The translations under genes were made by a program, and so were the position numbers. 64,000 nucleotides of DNA from a virus. Taxonomy: Duplodnaviria; Caudoviricetes. How positions within the stretch are numbered: the stretch's first letter is position 1; every line of letters begins with the position of its first letter. Location of the stretch: IMG/VR virus record IMGVR_UViG_3300023174_000047, positions 64,001 through 128,000 of that record; one strand, written 5' to 3'. The notes under the pieces are model-generated. The model had not been told where the DNA came from. It searched no databases and saw only the letters and a program-made list of their open reading frames with translations. Positions 1 to 9,813 of this stretch are shown piece by piece.

Positions 1-434
1 CGAATTGCGTTAAATTCACTAATTACGGGCGAGTAATTAGGTGTATGTGCATCAAGTAGCATAACAAACTGTTCATCACTATTTTTTGTTAAAAAATCTC
101 TGAGAAACATTGTTGAACTAGCATTATAAAAATCAATGTTGCTGAATTGCTGTTTTATGCTCTTATATTTTTCAAGTAGATTAATAGAGGTGTAGCTGTT
201 GCCTGTAATGTATTGCTCAACTGTTGATACTCTATTAAAATGTTCAGCAAAGATTATTGCTGTATCACCTTCAAAAGTACCAAGCTCAATTGCACTTGCA
301 ATATTTTCTAATGCAATTTTATTTCTATAATTGTATAGAACCTGCGTAAACACATTAGGTACATCTGTTACACCTGGCTTGCCAGCTACATTTGACCATC
401 TTACATCATTTTGTTCGTATTGTTTGAATTTCAT
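1..434 (-). CDS. Class I SAM-dependent methyltransferase, partial (runs off left edge; absent from ORF track)
   Basis: Hand translation from ATG at 434, which overlaps the epimerase TGA: MKFKQYEQNDVRW...AIELGTFEGDTAIIF...VMLLDAHTP. Glycine-rich SAM motif I and an LDAH motif; open to base 1. Confidence 0.7.
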   Translation of the reverse strand, partial: MKFKQYEQNDVRWSNVAGKPGVTDVPNVFTQVLYNYRNKIALENIASAIELGTFEGDTAIIFAEHFNRVSTVEQYITGNSYTSINLLEKYKSIKQQFSNIDFYNASSTMFLRDFLTKNSDEQFVMLLDAHTPNYSPVISEFNAI

Positions 435-1414
435 TTCCAGAAAGAGTAGATATTTTTATCAACTTCGTAATTCATATGCTTTACCTGCCTGTCAGGTTGT
501 GTCATGGCCCACTCAAACACATCTTGAATGAGCTGTTTTAAATCTGTAGTATCTTCAAAATTAAGCAGCTGTTTTGCTTTTTTATGATCACAATATGCAT
601 TTTTCACTTCATGACGTCCTTCAACGTGCTTGATTTCAACTTTGATGTTATATTTTGCTGCAACTGCTTGCACAATTTTAGCTGCCTCATTCAATGTATA
701 CTCTCTATCTGCACCAATGTTAAAAGTTTCATTATCAAAACCATTACAAAGTTTTTCAAGTGGTTTGAGATAGCAGGCAATGTCAGAAAATGCTCTTTTT
801 TGTTCACCATCACCATATACCAAAATTGGCTCACCTTTCAATGCGCGTCTGATCCAAATGCCAATTACGTTTCTGTATTTGTCCCAAATGTTTTGATTCC
901 TACCCAGCACGTTGTGTGGTCTGACAATATTATATCTTAAACCAAATTGATTGTTGGCTTGCTTGATGTCTTGTTCTACTGTATATTTTGCGATGCCGTA
1001 TGGATCCACAGGAGTAGGTGTCATGGACTCAATGAATGGAGGATACTGCTCACCATAAACAGCCATTGATGAAGTAAAAATGAGTTTTGCATCTGTTTTG
1101 ATGCATTCATTGATTATATTAATTGATGCAATAACATTATTTTCATAATTAAATTTGCGTATAAACGGAGAAAGACCTTCTGCAGCATACGCTGCAAAGT
1201 GATACACTACTGTTGGTCTATATGCTGCAAAAATATCTGCAACAACTTTAGCGTCTGTAAGTTCAATTTTATCCCAAGGCACACCTAATGGAATAAAATC
1301 CTCATAGCCACCAAAAAAGTTGTCAATGCCTACAATATCATAGCCTAACTTTTGCAGATAACCTGCAAAGTTTGATCCAATTAAACCACCTACACCCGTA
1401 ATTAAAATTCTCAT
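431..1414 (-). CDS. NAD-dependent nucleotide-sugar epimerase/dehydratase (extended SDR)
   Basis: N-terminal ITGVGGLIG Rossmann motif, FTSS, catalytic YGIAK (YxxxK). Confidence 0.92.
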   Translation of the reverse strand: MRILITGVGGLIGSNFAGYLQKLGYDIVGIDNFFGGYEDFIPLGVPWDKIELTDAKVVADIFAAYRPTVVYHFAAYAAEGLSPFIRKFNYENNVIASINIINECIKTDAKLIFTSSMAVYGEQYPPFIESMTPTPVDPYGIAKYTVEQDIKQANNQFGLRYNIVRPHNVLGRNQNIWDKYRNVIGIWIRRALKGEPILVYGDGEQKRAFSDIACYLKPLEKLCNGFDNETFNIGADREYTLNEAAKIVQAVAAKYNIKVEIKHVEGRHEVKNAYCDHKKAKQLLNFEDTTDLKQLIQDVFEWAMTQPDRQVKHMNYEVDKNIYSFWK

Positions 1415-2112
1415 AATGAATTGTTAAAAGTTTGCCAGTCAGTAAATGGTGAAAGTTGATAAGCGTTCATGTGCGTAGTACATCCTGGCATGGGTGTATA
1501 TAATCTTATTTCTGAATTTATCAAGTGCCGAAAAAACGCTCTATCTTCAAGCAAATATTGTTTAGCAATCTTTACCAACCTTTCACCCCACTCCCCACCT
1601 TTTGTTGCCCATGTGCATGTTGTACTCTCTGCAGTTCTCCAATGACATGTAGATCCTAATGCAATCGACTCTCGCTGAAATGATGCATCATCTGTGCGCA
1701 TATATCTATCTGTATGATCATAACCAGTAACAAGATTAAAGCGCTCAATACCTTCTTGAATCATGCGCAAGCTATGTGGCATATGCAAATAATCATCTTC
1801 TACAAAGTAAACATCTTTACCTTTGAATTCATTTAGATAGATATCATAAACTTGCAATAGACTAGCTGCATTGCCATTTGCATTTATCTGTCTTACATTT
1901 GCATGCTTAAATGATTCAATATATTCTGAAAGTTTTCCACGCGGACCATCTAAAACTACATGTAATTCATATTGACCACCAAGTCTATAAGATGCATGAA
2001 AAGCATCCATTATGCTCTTGAAGCATTTCTGTTTGCTAAACCAAGGGGGTCTGTTGGATTTGAATGTTCCTCCCTCCAACTCATAGTTTGATGCTCTATA
2101 GAGAATAATCAT
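1411..2112 (-). CDS. Putative GT-A fold glycosyltransferase
   Basis: YFVEDDYLH acidic motif, HVVLDG; lies within a glycan operon. Confidence 0.6.
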   Translation of the reverse strand: MIILYRASNYELEGGTFKSNRPPWFSKQKCFKSIMDAFHASYRLGGQYELHVVLDGPRGKLSEYIESFKHANVRQINANGNAASLLQVYDIYLNEFKGKDVYFVEDDYLHMPHSLRMIQEGIERFNLVTGYDHTDRYMRTDDASFQRESIALGSTCHWRTAESTTCTWATKGGEWGERLVKIAKQYLLEDRAFFRHLINSEIRLYTPMPGCTTHMNAYQLSPFTDWQTFNNSL

Positions 2113-2749
2113 GTATTAATCCTTTGTTGCCGTGAAAACCAAAAGTTGCTGATTTATCTATTAATGGATCTTGAGAGAATATATCCGCAATGTATTCGGG
2201 TGCATACTTTATACCAAATGATTCAAAATACTCTCTGTTGTTGTTGCATACATATGCATCTTCAGGCCCTGTAAATTGTTGCGGTGCAGAAGCACATAAA
2301 TCTAACAATTTTTTGCTTCTCATGCTAAATCCACCATTACCTACAGGATTAATTTTTTCTATGCCTTGCTGCTTAATGTGTGAATATATCCACTGACAAT
2401 GATGAACTAACCTACCTCTGTCCCACTTTGCACCAATATAATCATAATTAAAAAATTCATCATTCCATTTGTTTGCATTAATTACAAAGCCGTCTGTCTG
2501 CACAATTAAACAAAAATCTGTATCAACTACATCTGCAAGACTTCTCACAACAAACTGGTTATATTCTTCATAATTAAACTGTGGGATTTGAAATAGTTGA
2601 TGAATACATGGTCTTGATGGTTTTGATGCAGTAAAAATTTTGCTCGAACCGAACTTAATATTTTGGCAGCAAATATCAAGAGTTTTTACTGCATCATCTG
2701 GCTTAGCCGGCTCAATAATTATTAAAGTGACATTGTTTAAATCAAGCAT
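2096..2749 (-). CDS. DUF5672-like protein (glycosyltransferase-like)
   Basis: LIVQTDGFV, YDYIGAKW, VGNGGFSMRSKKLL, PEDAY, FGFHG motifs. Confidence 0.75.
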   Translation of the reverse strand: MLDLNNVTLIIIEPAKPDDAVKTLDICCQNIKFGSSKIFTASKPSRPCIHQLFQIPQFNYEEYNQFVVRSLADVVDTDFCLIVQTDGFVINANKWNDEFFNYDYIGAKWDRGRLVHHCQWIYSHIKQQGIEKINPVGNGGFSMRSKKLLDLCASAPQQFTGPEDAYVCNNNREYFESFGIKYAPEYIADIFSQDPLIDKSATFGFHGNKGLIHDYSL

Positions 2750-3410
2750 GATATGTCCAAGGTTTCTTAAAAAGATTTTTTATATGAAAAAAGTTTGCTG
2801 GTTTCCACTTAGAGTACATGTGTAAATCGTTAGTTGCATTGACTTTTTCAATGATGTAGTTGATTGATGTTTCAACAGTGTGAATTGTTTGAGCCCGTTC
2901 AATAACCTTTGCCCAGTCTAGCAATGTAAATCCAACAATGCTGGACATGCATATTTCTTGCAATCCATTTGCATTTGCTTGTTTTGCTGCTTCACAAATT
3001 TGTTCATGCGGAGGGGATGCAAAGTAGAAATTTTTCAAAACATAATTTGAATCATCAGTCAACTTTAAAACATCATAAAACAAAGCATCTTCTCTTCCAT
3101 CAACATTACGGTTAAACTCAAGGTGATCACACCAGTTATCCCAGCGAAGGTCAACCAATTTGTATTTAGCTTCCATTACAGACATACCCGGAAAATGTTG
3201 ATCAGCATTATGTAATGGTATTATTACATCTGCATTTACAGTTTCATTTGCATCACAAAACGTAATGTTGTTGATGTAATCTTTAACCCATGCAAATTGT
3301 TCAATTACTGGCCATATAACATCATAGCCAGCATTGCGGAGCTTGTTTGCAATTTTCTGGCAAAAGAAGATGTCTCCGATGCCTGCAGGCTGTTTGATAA
3401 GAGCAATCAT
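2742..3410 (-). CDS. Hypothetical glycan-modifying protein (GT9-like start)
   Basis: QPAGIGDIFF N-terminus and HTVETS near the C-terminus; operon context. Confidence 0.45.
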   Translation of the reverse strand: MIALIKQPAGIGDIFFCQKIANKLRNAGYDVIWPVIEQFAWVKDYINNITFCDANETVNADVIIPLHNADQHFPGMSVMEAKYKLVDLRWDNWCDHLEFNRNVDGREDALFYDVLKLTDDSNYVLKNFYFASPPHEQICEAAKQANANGLQEICMSSIVGFTLLDWAKVIERAQTIHTVETSINYIIEKVNATNDLHMYSKWKPANFFHIKNLFKKPWTYHA

Positions 3411-4231
3411 TAGTTGAAAAGAAACGGATAGTTCAGATACATCCAGTCTTCTGGAATGCGATATTCATCAACTTTATCAAAGTTTTCAATAACTGCAAAC
3501 TTTCGTGAGTTATAAATCTCATCACCGCTTTCACGAATCTCATTCATGATGTTTTCTAACTCATGCATGGTGTTGAAAAACAAGATGCCATCTTCATGAA
3601 AGTGGTCGCAGATGGATTTATCACCCCAAAAGATTGGAATGGTTCTTGTTGCAAAGCAGTCAACAATCTTTTCTGTCCAATATCCAGGTTGAATAGAATT
3701 CTCGATGGTAATAGAAAACTTATATGCATCAAGTGATTCACGCTTGCTTTCTACTGGCTTATATCCATATCCAAAAACATCAATGTCATTATATTTTGAT
3801 TGAATAATTTTGTGACGCAGCTGGTGACCTGTTGTAAAGTTCTTGCTGGATGCAATGATGGAGCAAAGCTTATTCTTTTCTGTTGTAGTTGGATTACCAT
3901 TGATCCAGCATCTGCCGTGTGGATAATACAAGAAGTTTTCACCACGATTTACCAAGTCTGTATCAAAAGTGAGCACATAATCGAACAATCGATTATTCTG
4001 CTCAATCCATTCATACACCTGTGGGTGAATAGCGCGTGGTTCAAGAATCCATGCAATTTTGCGTTTGACATTCTTAGCTTTGTAAACATCTGGCAAACAT
4101 AAATCGGTAATGAAGCAGCTCTTGCTTGCTAATGTATTACCAAATTCCCATTCAACATACTTGTTGATGCCTTTGTGGCATGAAGAAGGCTCACCGCCAA
4201 AGTTTTTGTCTCGAATATTTACCTTTACCAT
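3410..4231 (-). CDS. GT10 alpha-1,3-fucosyltransferase-like glycosyltransferase
   Basis: YKFSITIENSIQPGYWTEKIVDCFATRTIPIFWG matches the alpha-1,3-FucT motif. Confidence 0.85.
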   Translation of the reverse strand: MVKVNIRDKNFGGEPSSCHKGINKYVEWEFGNTLASKSCFITDLCLPDVYKAKNVKRKIAWILEPRAIHPQVYEWIEQNNRLFDYVLTFDTDLVNRGENFLYYPHGRCWINGNPTTTEKNKLCSIIASSKNFTTGHQLRHKIIQSKYNDIDVFGYGYKPVESKRESLDAYKFSITIENSIQPGYWTEKIVDCFATRTIPIFWGDKSICDHFHEDGILFFNTMHELENIMNEIRESGDEIYNSRKFAVIENFDKVDEYRIPEDWMYLNYPFLFN

Positions 4232-5028
4232 TGTTTGATGTATCGTTGGAGTTGTTCTTTGTTGAGGCTCTCTACAAACTGCACAATTGCTTCATTTTGT
4301 TTGTAGTGATTGTGTTGTGCTTTATTTACAGATGTATCACAATGTGGCAAATGATACAGGTAGTGATTTGCAATGTTGCTTTTGGTTACATTCAATCCAA
4401 GTCTGTGAGCACGGGAAATGATTTCATTATCCTCATATCCCCATCCAATAAAAAATGGATTAAAACCATTGATTTGGTTGAATGACTTCTTGGTCATAAT
4501 CAGACAGCCTCCAACTGCTTTGGTATTGCCAAGCAGAGCAAATTCATTCGCATTGTTGGTAATTAAATGAAGGTCCTTTATTTTAGAGTGCAAATCCTCA
4601 ACGTCTAGTGTATTGAGAAATTGATTCTCCCCCTGTTGTGTCATGTAGAAGGCACATCCATTGTATCCAATGAGACATTCAGGAGAACCGTTGCACTGCG
4701 CTTCATTGATACATTCTAGCAGTTTGCTACAGTCTATAATTACATCGACATCCAAGAAAATCAGAATATCTGTATTGGTGTACTCTGCACCATGATTGTA
4801 CCCAGTACACTTCTTGATTGTATCTTGGTTTATTATAAGCACATGCTCATCACCTGCATCAAGTGTAATATCCAGCAAATTTGATTGCGCATCATCTTCA
4901 ACAAAAACAAACTTGCAGCCAGGCAAATGCTTTTTGTAGTATTTGTAAATGGTTTTTACGTTTTTGAGACGTGCTTCATTATCAATTCTAATGTGACAGA
5001 TGAATGTAATGTCTTTGCTGGTGATCAT
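4225..5028 (-). CDS. Glycosyltransferase, GT2 / GT7-C (galactosyltransferase-like)
   Basis: FLDVD (DxD); GGCLIMTKKSFNQINGFNPFFIGWGYEDNE. Confidence 0.85.
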   Translation of the reverse strand: MITSKDITFICHIRIDNEARLKNVKTIYKYYKKHLPGCKFVFVEDDAQSNLLDITLDAGDEHVLIINQDTIKKCTGYNHGAEYTNTDILIFLDVDVIIDCSKLLECINEAQCNGSPECLIGYNGCAFYMTQQGENQFLNTLDVEDLHSKIKDLHLITNNANEFALLGNTKAVGGCLIMTKKSFNQINGFNPFFIGWGYEDNEIISRAHRLGLNVTKSNIANHYLYHLPHCDTSVNKAQHNHYKQNEAIVQFVESLNKEQLQRYIKQW

Positions 5029-5819
5029 TGTTTAATGAGTTGTTTGAGTTTTGTCTTGACTTGCTCAAAAGAAGCATCTGCAATCTGCACCGGGCTTTTA
5101 CCCTCAAGCCTCATAAAGTGTTCAAAGCCTTTTCTAATGTTTTCTTGCCAATCTTTGCGTGGTCTAATGGTGCTATTATGCTCAGAGCACGCCTGCTCTT
5201 CAATGAAGTCAAGGCTATTTGCAATGTCTGGCCACCACCAGTATTCAGTGCAGAAGTTATTTTTGCACAGCAAATACGAATGATGCACATGCTCAAAAGC
5301 ATTATGAAATTGTGTATCAAATAAGCCAACTTTTTGTAGACTCTCTTTGGTATACATGCAAAATGCACCCACGCAGTGCTGATTGAGTGCTATCTTTAAT
5401 TCAGAAGGATATTCTAAAACCACACGCGGACAAGGCGGTCCGCCAGATATATTATTTTTATTTGCAGGACCGTGATATGCAAACATCATATGATGCAGAC
5501 CTGTTGCTTTACTGGCTTTGATGTATTCTTCAAAGATATCCTCTCTCTTGATGAGCATATCATCTTCAATGAGAAAAATGTAATCACATTCTCTATCGAT
5601 CAAATATTTTAATGCTGCATTTTTTGCAACACCCACACCCCCACCACCCGTATTAATTATACTCGCATGCATATTATGCGCATGTACAAAACTATCAACA
5701 GATTGCTCACCGTCATTTATAATGATGAGTTCATCAACTTTATGTGATGGAATGCTTTTGAAGCATTTTTCAAACATTATTTGCCTGTTGCATGTAATTA
5801 TTCCTGCGCCAATTTTCAT
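5025..5819 (-). CDS. GT2 family glycosyltransferase (start probably 5819, MKIGAGIIT)
   Basis: IIINDG, GVGVAKNAAL, FLIEDD, FEHVHHS. The longer start at 5855 overlaps the divergent gene. Confidence 0.8.
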   Translation of the reverse strand: MKIGAGIITCNRQIMFEKCFKSIPSHKVDELIIINDGEQSVDSFVHAHNMHASIINTGGGGVGVAKNAALKYLIDRECDYIFLIEDDMLIKREDIFEEYIKASKATGLHHMMFAYHGPANKNNISGGPPCPRVVLEYPSELKIALNQHCVGAFCMYTKESLQKVGLFDTQFHNAFEHVHHSYLLCKNNFCTEYWWWPDIANSLDFIEEQACSEHNSTIRPRKDWQENIRKGFEHFMRLEGKSPVQIADASFEQVKTKLKQLIKQ

Positions 5820-5848
5820 TATAGATAATATAGCATAAATACATACAA

Positions 5849-6697
5849 ATGGCAACTGACCCTATTGGAATTAATATCAAGCAACTACCGCAAATAAATT
5901 TTGCGCAGAGTGGTGATTTTTTTATCATTGAGACACCTGATGGTACCGGAATCATTGACTTTAACGACATCGTCATTGATCTCGATCAAACAAATTTTAG
6001 ACCCACAATTGAAGCACTTGTCACATCAACTATTGGGCTGTGTGCGCAATATACAGCATTGAGTAGCAATGTTTATAATGAATTGGCTCAGATTCTAAAA
6101 ACTTCTGTTGCTGTATTCAAAAACATCTCCCCACTCTCGGGCGGTCAGTATTTTTCCGGTGCAGGCATTGATTTGCCTCTCAATTTTATTGAAGTTAATC
6201 AGCTTTCATTGCAGCAATCAGCAACTGATTTGAATAACATCAACATATGTACTGATTTGACTCTATCAACAGCAGCAAGCGCATTGCTGTTGCCTGCAGG
6301 TGTATACAAGACATCCATTGATGCCAGCATCACATCAGCAACATCTGGTACAACATGGATGCAAATTTATCTATATCAAAATTCTCCCCCTGCGCGAGTT
6401 TTGTTGCTCGGATCTCCATTTATATCAACCGGTGAAAATCAGCAAAAGAATCTCAACATCGACGGATACTTCACTCTTTGTAAAGATGCAGAAGTTGCAA
6501 TCAAAGCAACAACATATGGTAAATTTAAGATAGGTAGTACTCAGTTTAAAACTCTTTATAGCACTGCTTCTGCATCTCCACTGAGTGCCAGCTTGTTTAA
6601 GATGCTACAGACAAGTGCATGCAACATCAGCATGTATCTTGAAAAGATTGCTGATGTTGCAGCCCCAGCTATTAATATACAGTCTACGGTACTATAA
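5849..6697 (+). CDS. Putative virion fibre/decoration protein with beta-rich (C1q/BclA-like) C-terminus
   Basis: N-terminus INIKQLPQ..SGDFFIIE resembles the tail-fibre start at 60786 (VNISQLPP..NGDVFAID); LPAGVY beta motif; CATAAATA late motif at 5834-5841. Confidence 0.45.
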   Translation: MATDPIGINIKQLPQINFAQSGDFFIIETPDGTGIIDFNDIVIDLDQTNFRPTIEALVTSTIGLCAQYTALSSNVYNELAQILKTSVAVFKNISPLSGGQYFSGAGIDLPLNFIEVNQLSLQQSATDLNNINICTDLTLSTAASALLLPAGVYKTSIDASITSATSGTTWMQIYLYQNSPPARVLLLGSPFISTGENQQKNLNIDGYFTLCKDAEVAIKATTYGKFKIGSTQFKTLYSTASASPLSASLFKMLQTSACNISMYLEKIADVAAPAINIQSTVL

Positions 6698-7418
6698 TTC
6701 CTGTATCTTTGAGCAATTGCTGCTTTTGCTGTTTAATTAAATCTTCAACAGCATGCTGTGCATCTTCTGGTTTAGTTGCATTTTGCAGTTCTTCAACCCA
6801 TGAGTCATCTGGTACAACCATGCTACCATTTTCATGTATATAGTTTGCGATTTCTTTGATTCGCATAAATCTATTAGAAGAATGAATAGGAATTATTGCA
6901 GGCCTATCCTCGTTGTCAAACAGGAAAAACTTATCATTGCATATGTATTGATTATAAATTACTTCAAAGAGATTATCAATCTCCTTGATATAAACACTGT
7001 CTGTTTCTCTCATATTATCTTGTGCAATTGTAATGCGCTCAGTATAAGGAATCCAAAAAATAATGTCTAGATTCTTTAGAGATTCTCTTACCCTTTTAGC
7101 ACATTTTTCAATAAAAGCGTCATCAATATCTGATGACGCTTTTTCATTCGCCCAGAGAGAATATATAACGTTATCCAGTGGGCATCTATCATATGCAATG
7201 TGATCATCTGCGGTTTTACCCTGCATACTATCAACCATAAAATCAAGAATTGCTTCCTGACCTTGCTTGTTTACATTCTTGCTATGTGTAATACTACTTT
7301 CAGCAATGATGTCTCTATATGTTTTTGACGGTGTAGAATACATGGGCCATACTGTCAAAAAATCTTTGATTAGTGTGGTTTTTCCGGTATTCGCAGTACC
7401 GCTAAATGCAATTCTCAT
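6684..7418 (-). CDS. P-loop nucleoside/nucleotide kinase-like ATPase (AAA_28/NadR-type)
   Basis: GTANTGKTT Walker A at the N-terminus; YDRCPLD (DR motif of NMP kinases). Confidence 0.75.
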   Translation of the reverse strand: MRIAFSGTANTGKTTLIKDFLTVWPMYSTPSKTYRDIIAESSITHSKNVNKQGQEAILDFMVDSMQGKTADDHIAYDRCPLDNVIYSLWANEKASSDIDDAFIEKCAKRVRESLKNLDIIFWIPYTERITIAQDNMRETDSVYIKEIDNLFEVIYNQYICNDKFFLFDNEDRPAIIPIHSSNRFMRIKEIANYIHENGSMVVPDDSWVEELQNATKPEDAQHAVEDLIKQQKQQLLKDTGIIVP

Positions 7419-7642
7419 TTATTGATAAGCTGCTTAAGATTTTCGCTGGTCTTTGCGTAGATCTGATCAGTTAGTGTTTTCATGCTTTTGTTAGCAGCTT
7501 CTGCGCCCTTATTTTTTACAATTTGAGCAAGCTCCTCTACGTTGAATCTAATGACTGATTGAAGCTTTTCGCCTTGATATTCAACTGTTGTGTTTATTTC
7601 AACTACGGAATGTGGGACTGTACTGGGTTGTTCTTTTGCCAT
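7415..7642 (-). CDS. Hypothetical protein
   Basis: 75 aa ORF packed between the NUDIX and kinase genes. Confidence 0.6.
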   Translation of the reverse strand: MAKEQPSTVPHSVVEINTTVEYQGEKLQSVIRFNVEELAQIVKNKGAEAANKSMKTLTDQIYAKTSENLKQLINK

Positions 7643-7646
7643 AATT

Positions 7647-8099
7647 TCATTTATTTTCCTCTTCCTCTAAATCAACATCTTGTTGTTGTTTTTTCTTTGT
7701 TATTTTCTGTTTTTGTGCAGGCAGTACAATTAATTGTTTGTTGATTGCTTCAGTGAGATCTCTTTCAGTTTCTTTTGTGATATACATTTTATGTAGTGCT
7801 TCATTGGGTGTGACCCATTTGTAAGATCTGTGCTCACTGCTTAGTTTAACATTATTTGTACTGGTTTTGCACAAAAATAATTCAAAATTATGCAATCTAT
7901 ATACACTTGTGAATGATGTAGTTAATAGTTGTGTCTCCTCTTTCACTTCCCTTCTCGCACCTTCTTGTGGCGTCTCACCACGTTTAATGTGTCCGCCGGG
8001 CAAATGCCACTTTTGTTTGTTCATCGGCAGCAAAAGCAACAGCTTATCATTATAAACAATTATTACTTTGCTTACATGCTTTGTATCTTCATTATTCAT
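7647..8099 (-). CDS. NUDIX hydrolase (start probably 8099, MNNEDTK)
   Basis: Nudix box GGHIKRGETPQEGARREVKEET; SSEHRSYKWV. Confidence 0.9.
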   Translation of the reverse strand: MNNEDTKHVSKVIIVYNDKLLLLLPMNKQKWHLPGGHIKRGETPQEGARREVKEETQLLTTSFTSVYRLHNFELFLCKTSTNNVKLSSEHRSYKWVTPNEALHKMYITKETERDLTEAINKQLIVLPAQKQKITKKKQQQDVDLEEEENK

Positions 8100-8140
8100 A
8101 TGTTCGTCGGAAAAACATTGATCGGGTATTCCCTCGCTCG

Positions 8141-9013
8141 TTATACAGAGCATGTTTTATCCCATGCACTCACGTGCAGGCGAGACAGTCCGGTAAATCC
8201 ATATTTCTTTGCCATTTCTAGCACGAAAGCAGTGCGTTCATGAAAATTCTCCCGACTATCCATTCCAGGCATGCACACAACTTGAGTCATGGGGATGTTA
8301 AACGGTACAAGATAATCAGTAATAATTTCTTTAATGTCTTCTTCTGTTGAAATTACAAACTTGAATCGTGAATTCCAGTGGTTTTTAATGCGCTCTATGG
8401 CTTCAGGTACAATGCGATCTTCTTTATCAAGGCCAGAGTTACTTAACTTCGCACTGCAGTTGATTTGATGAAGTTCATCATACAGCATATCATCAATGTA
8501 TTGTGTGCCATTGGTCTCAATCTCATTATATACACCATAATCAATGGCAGAGTCTTCTGCTTGATAAACATCAGCAAGATGATAAATAAAATTTGCAATG
8601 CATTCCTGATGCTTAGGCAAGGTTGGTTCACCGCCGGTCCAGATCAGATGAGTCTGGCCACTCAAAATCCAATCTAACATTGTAGAGCCGTCATAATTTT
8701 TATGTTCTCTCCAGCGATTGATGAGATATTCAAACGGCTTTTTTTCACCGAAAAGCCACACAGGTAGAGAGTCGCATGTCCAGGTTGCTTTGCCTGCTGC
8801 ATGTAAGTCTCCTTTAAAAGACCCTGGATCTGTGTTGCCTAAGCCTGCACCCTTCACTTGTTTTGCAACAGCTCGAGTTGCGCCGCATGTAAGGTTGCAG
8901 TCTTTAAGACGAATAAAATAAGAGGGGCAGCCTGTTGTGATGCCTTCTCCCTGTACAGAATAGAAATCTTCAGAAATTACCAAATGGTTGTAGTTGTTAA
9001 CAATATCACTCAT
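8141..9013 (-). CDS. queE: 7-carboxy-7-deazaguanine synthase (radical SAM)
   Basis: FYSVQGEG..G..SYFIRL..CNLTC...CDS, TGGEP, IETNGT, SAKL. Confidence 0.9.
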   Translation of the reverse strand: MSDIVNNYNHLVISEDFYSVQGEGITTGCPSYFIRLKDCNLTCGATRAVAKQVKGAGLGNTDPGSFKGDLHAAGKATWTCDSLPVWLFGEKKPFEYLINRWREHKNYDGSTMLDWILSGQTHLIWTGGEPTLPKHQECIANFIYHLADVYQAEDSAIDYGVYNEIETNGTQYIDDMLYDELHQINCSAKLSNSGLDKEDRIVPEAIERIKNHWNSRFKFVISTEEDIKEIITDYLVPFNIPMTQVVCMPGMDSRENFHERTAFVLEMAKKYGFTGLSRLHVSAWDKTCSV

Positions 9014-9060
9014 ATATAAAAATAATAGCTAGAACTAATATTTCAACATAAATAATGTAT

Positions 9061-9813
9061 ATGAGCAAAAAACCCCGCTTGCGCAAAGCGCTGGCAGATT
9101 TAGAGTTCGGTGATGGCGACATTGAATTACACACATCTACGACAAGCAATTCACTTGGAATTAGAAACAAATATCAGCTCAATGATGTGCATAAATCGTT
9201 TTTAGATACCTGCTTATATGAAAAAACAAAAATGGTGTTTGTAGATGGACCTGCAGGCACTGCAAAGACATTTTTAGCAGTTTATGCTGGTCTTTTGCTG
9301 CTTCAAGAAAAGAAAATAAAAAATATTATATATATCCGCAGCATTGTTGAATCAGCAACCAAGAGCATTGGAGCTCTTCCAGGCGAGTTGGATGAAAAGT
9401 TCAAGCCATGGAGTTTACCATTGCTAGACAAGTTGAATGAACTTCTCTCTCCACACACTTCAAGTGAACTAATCGATTCCGGCATCATCAAATGCATTCC
9501 TGTTAACTTCGTGAGAGGTTTGACCTTTCATGATTCACTCGTCATAATTGATGAGTTTCAAAACCTCACTTTTGAAGAAGGTGTCACTATTTTGACACGT
9601 TTTGGTCACAACTCAAAATACATTGCCATTGGAGATGCCCGTCAAGCAGACATTGGATCAAAGTCAGGATTCAAAGACTTATTTAATGCTTTTGATGATA
9701 CAGAAAGCGCAGAAAATCACATTCACACATATCGGTTTGGTGAGAACGAAATTGTGCGAAGCAAAATTCTGCGCTTCATTGTTGGTAAGATTGAGCGGAT
9801 CAAAAAGCATTAA
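9061..9813 (+). CDS. phoH: PhoH-family ATPase (start probably 9061)
   Basis: GPAGTAKT, FVRGLTF, IIDEFQN, GDARQAD, IVRS. Confidence 0.92.
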   Translation: MSKKPRLRKALADLEFGDGDIELHTSTTSNSLGIRNKYQLNDVHKSFLDTCLYEKTKMVFVDGPAGTAKTFLAVYAGLLLLQEKKIKNIIYIRSIVESATKSIGALPGELDEKFKPWSLPLLDKLNELLSPHTSSELIDSGIIKCIPVNFVRGLTFHDSLVIIDEFQNLTFEEGVTILTRFGHNSKYIAIGDARQADIGSKSGFKDLFNAFDDTESAENHIHTYRFGENEIVRSKILRFIVGKIERIKKH

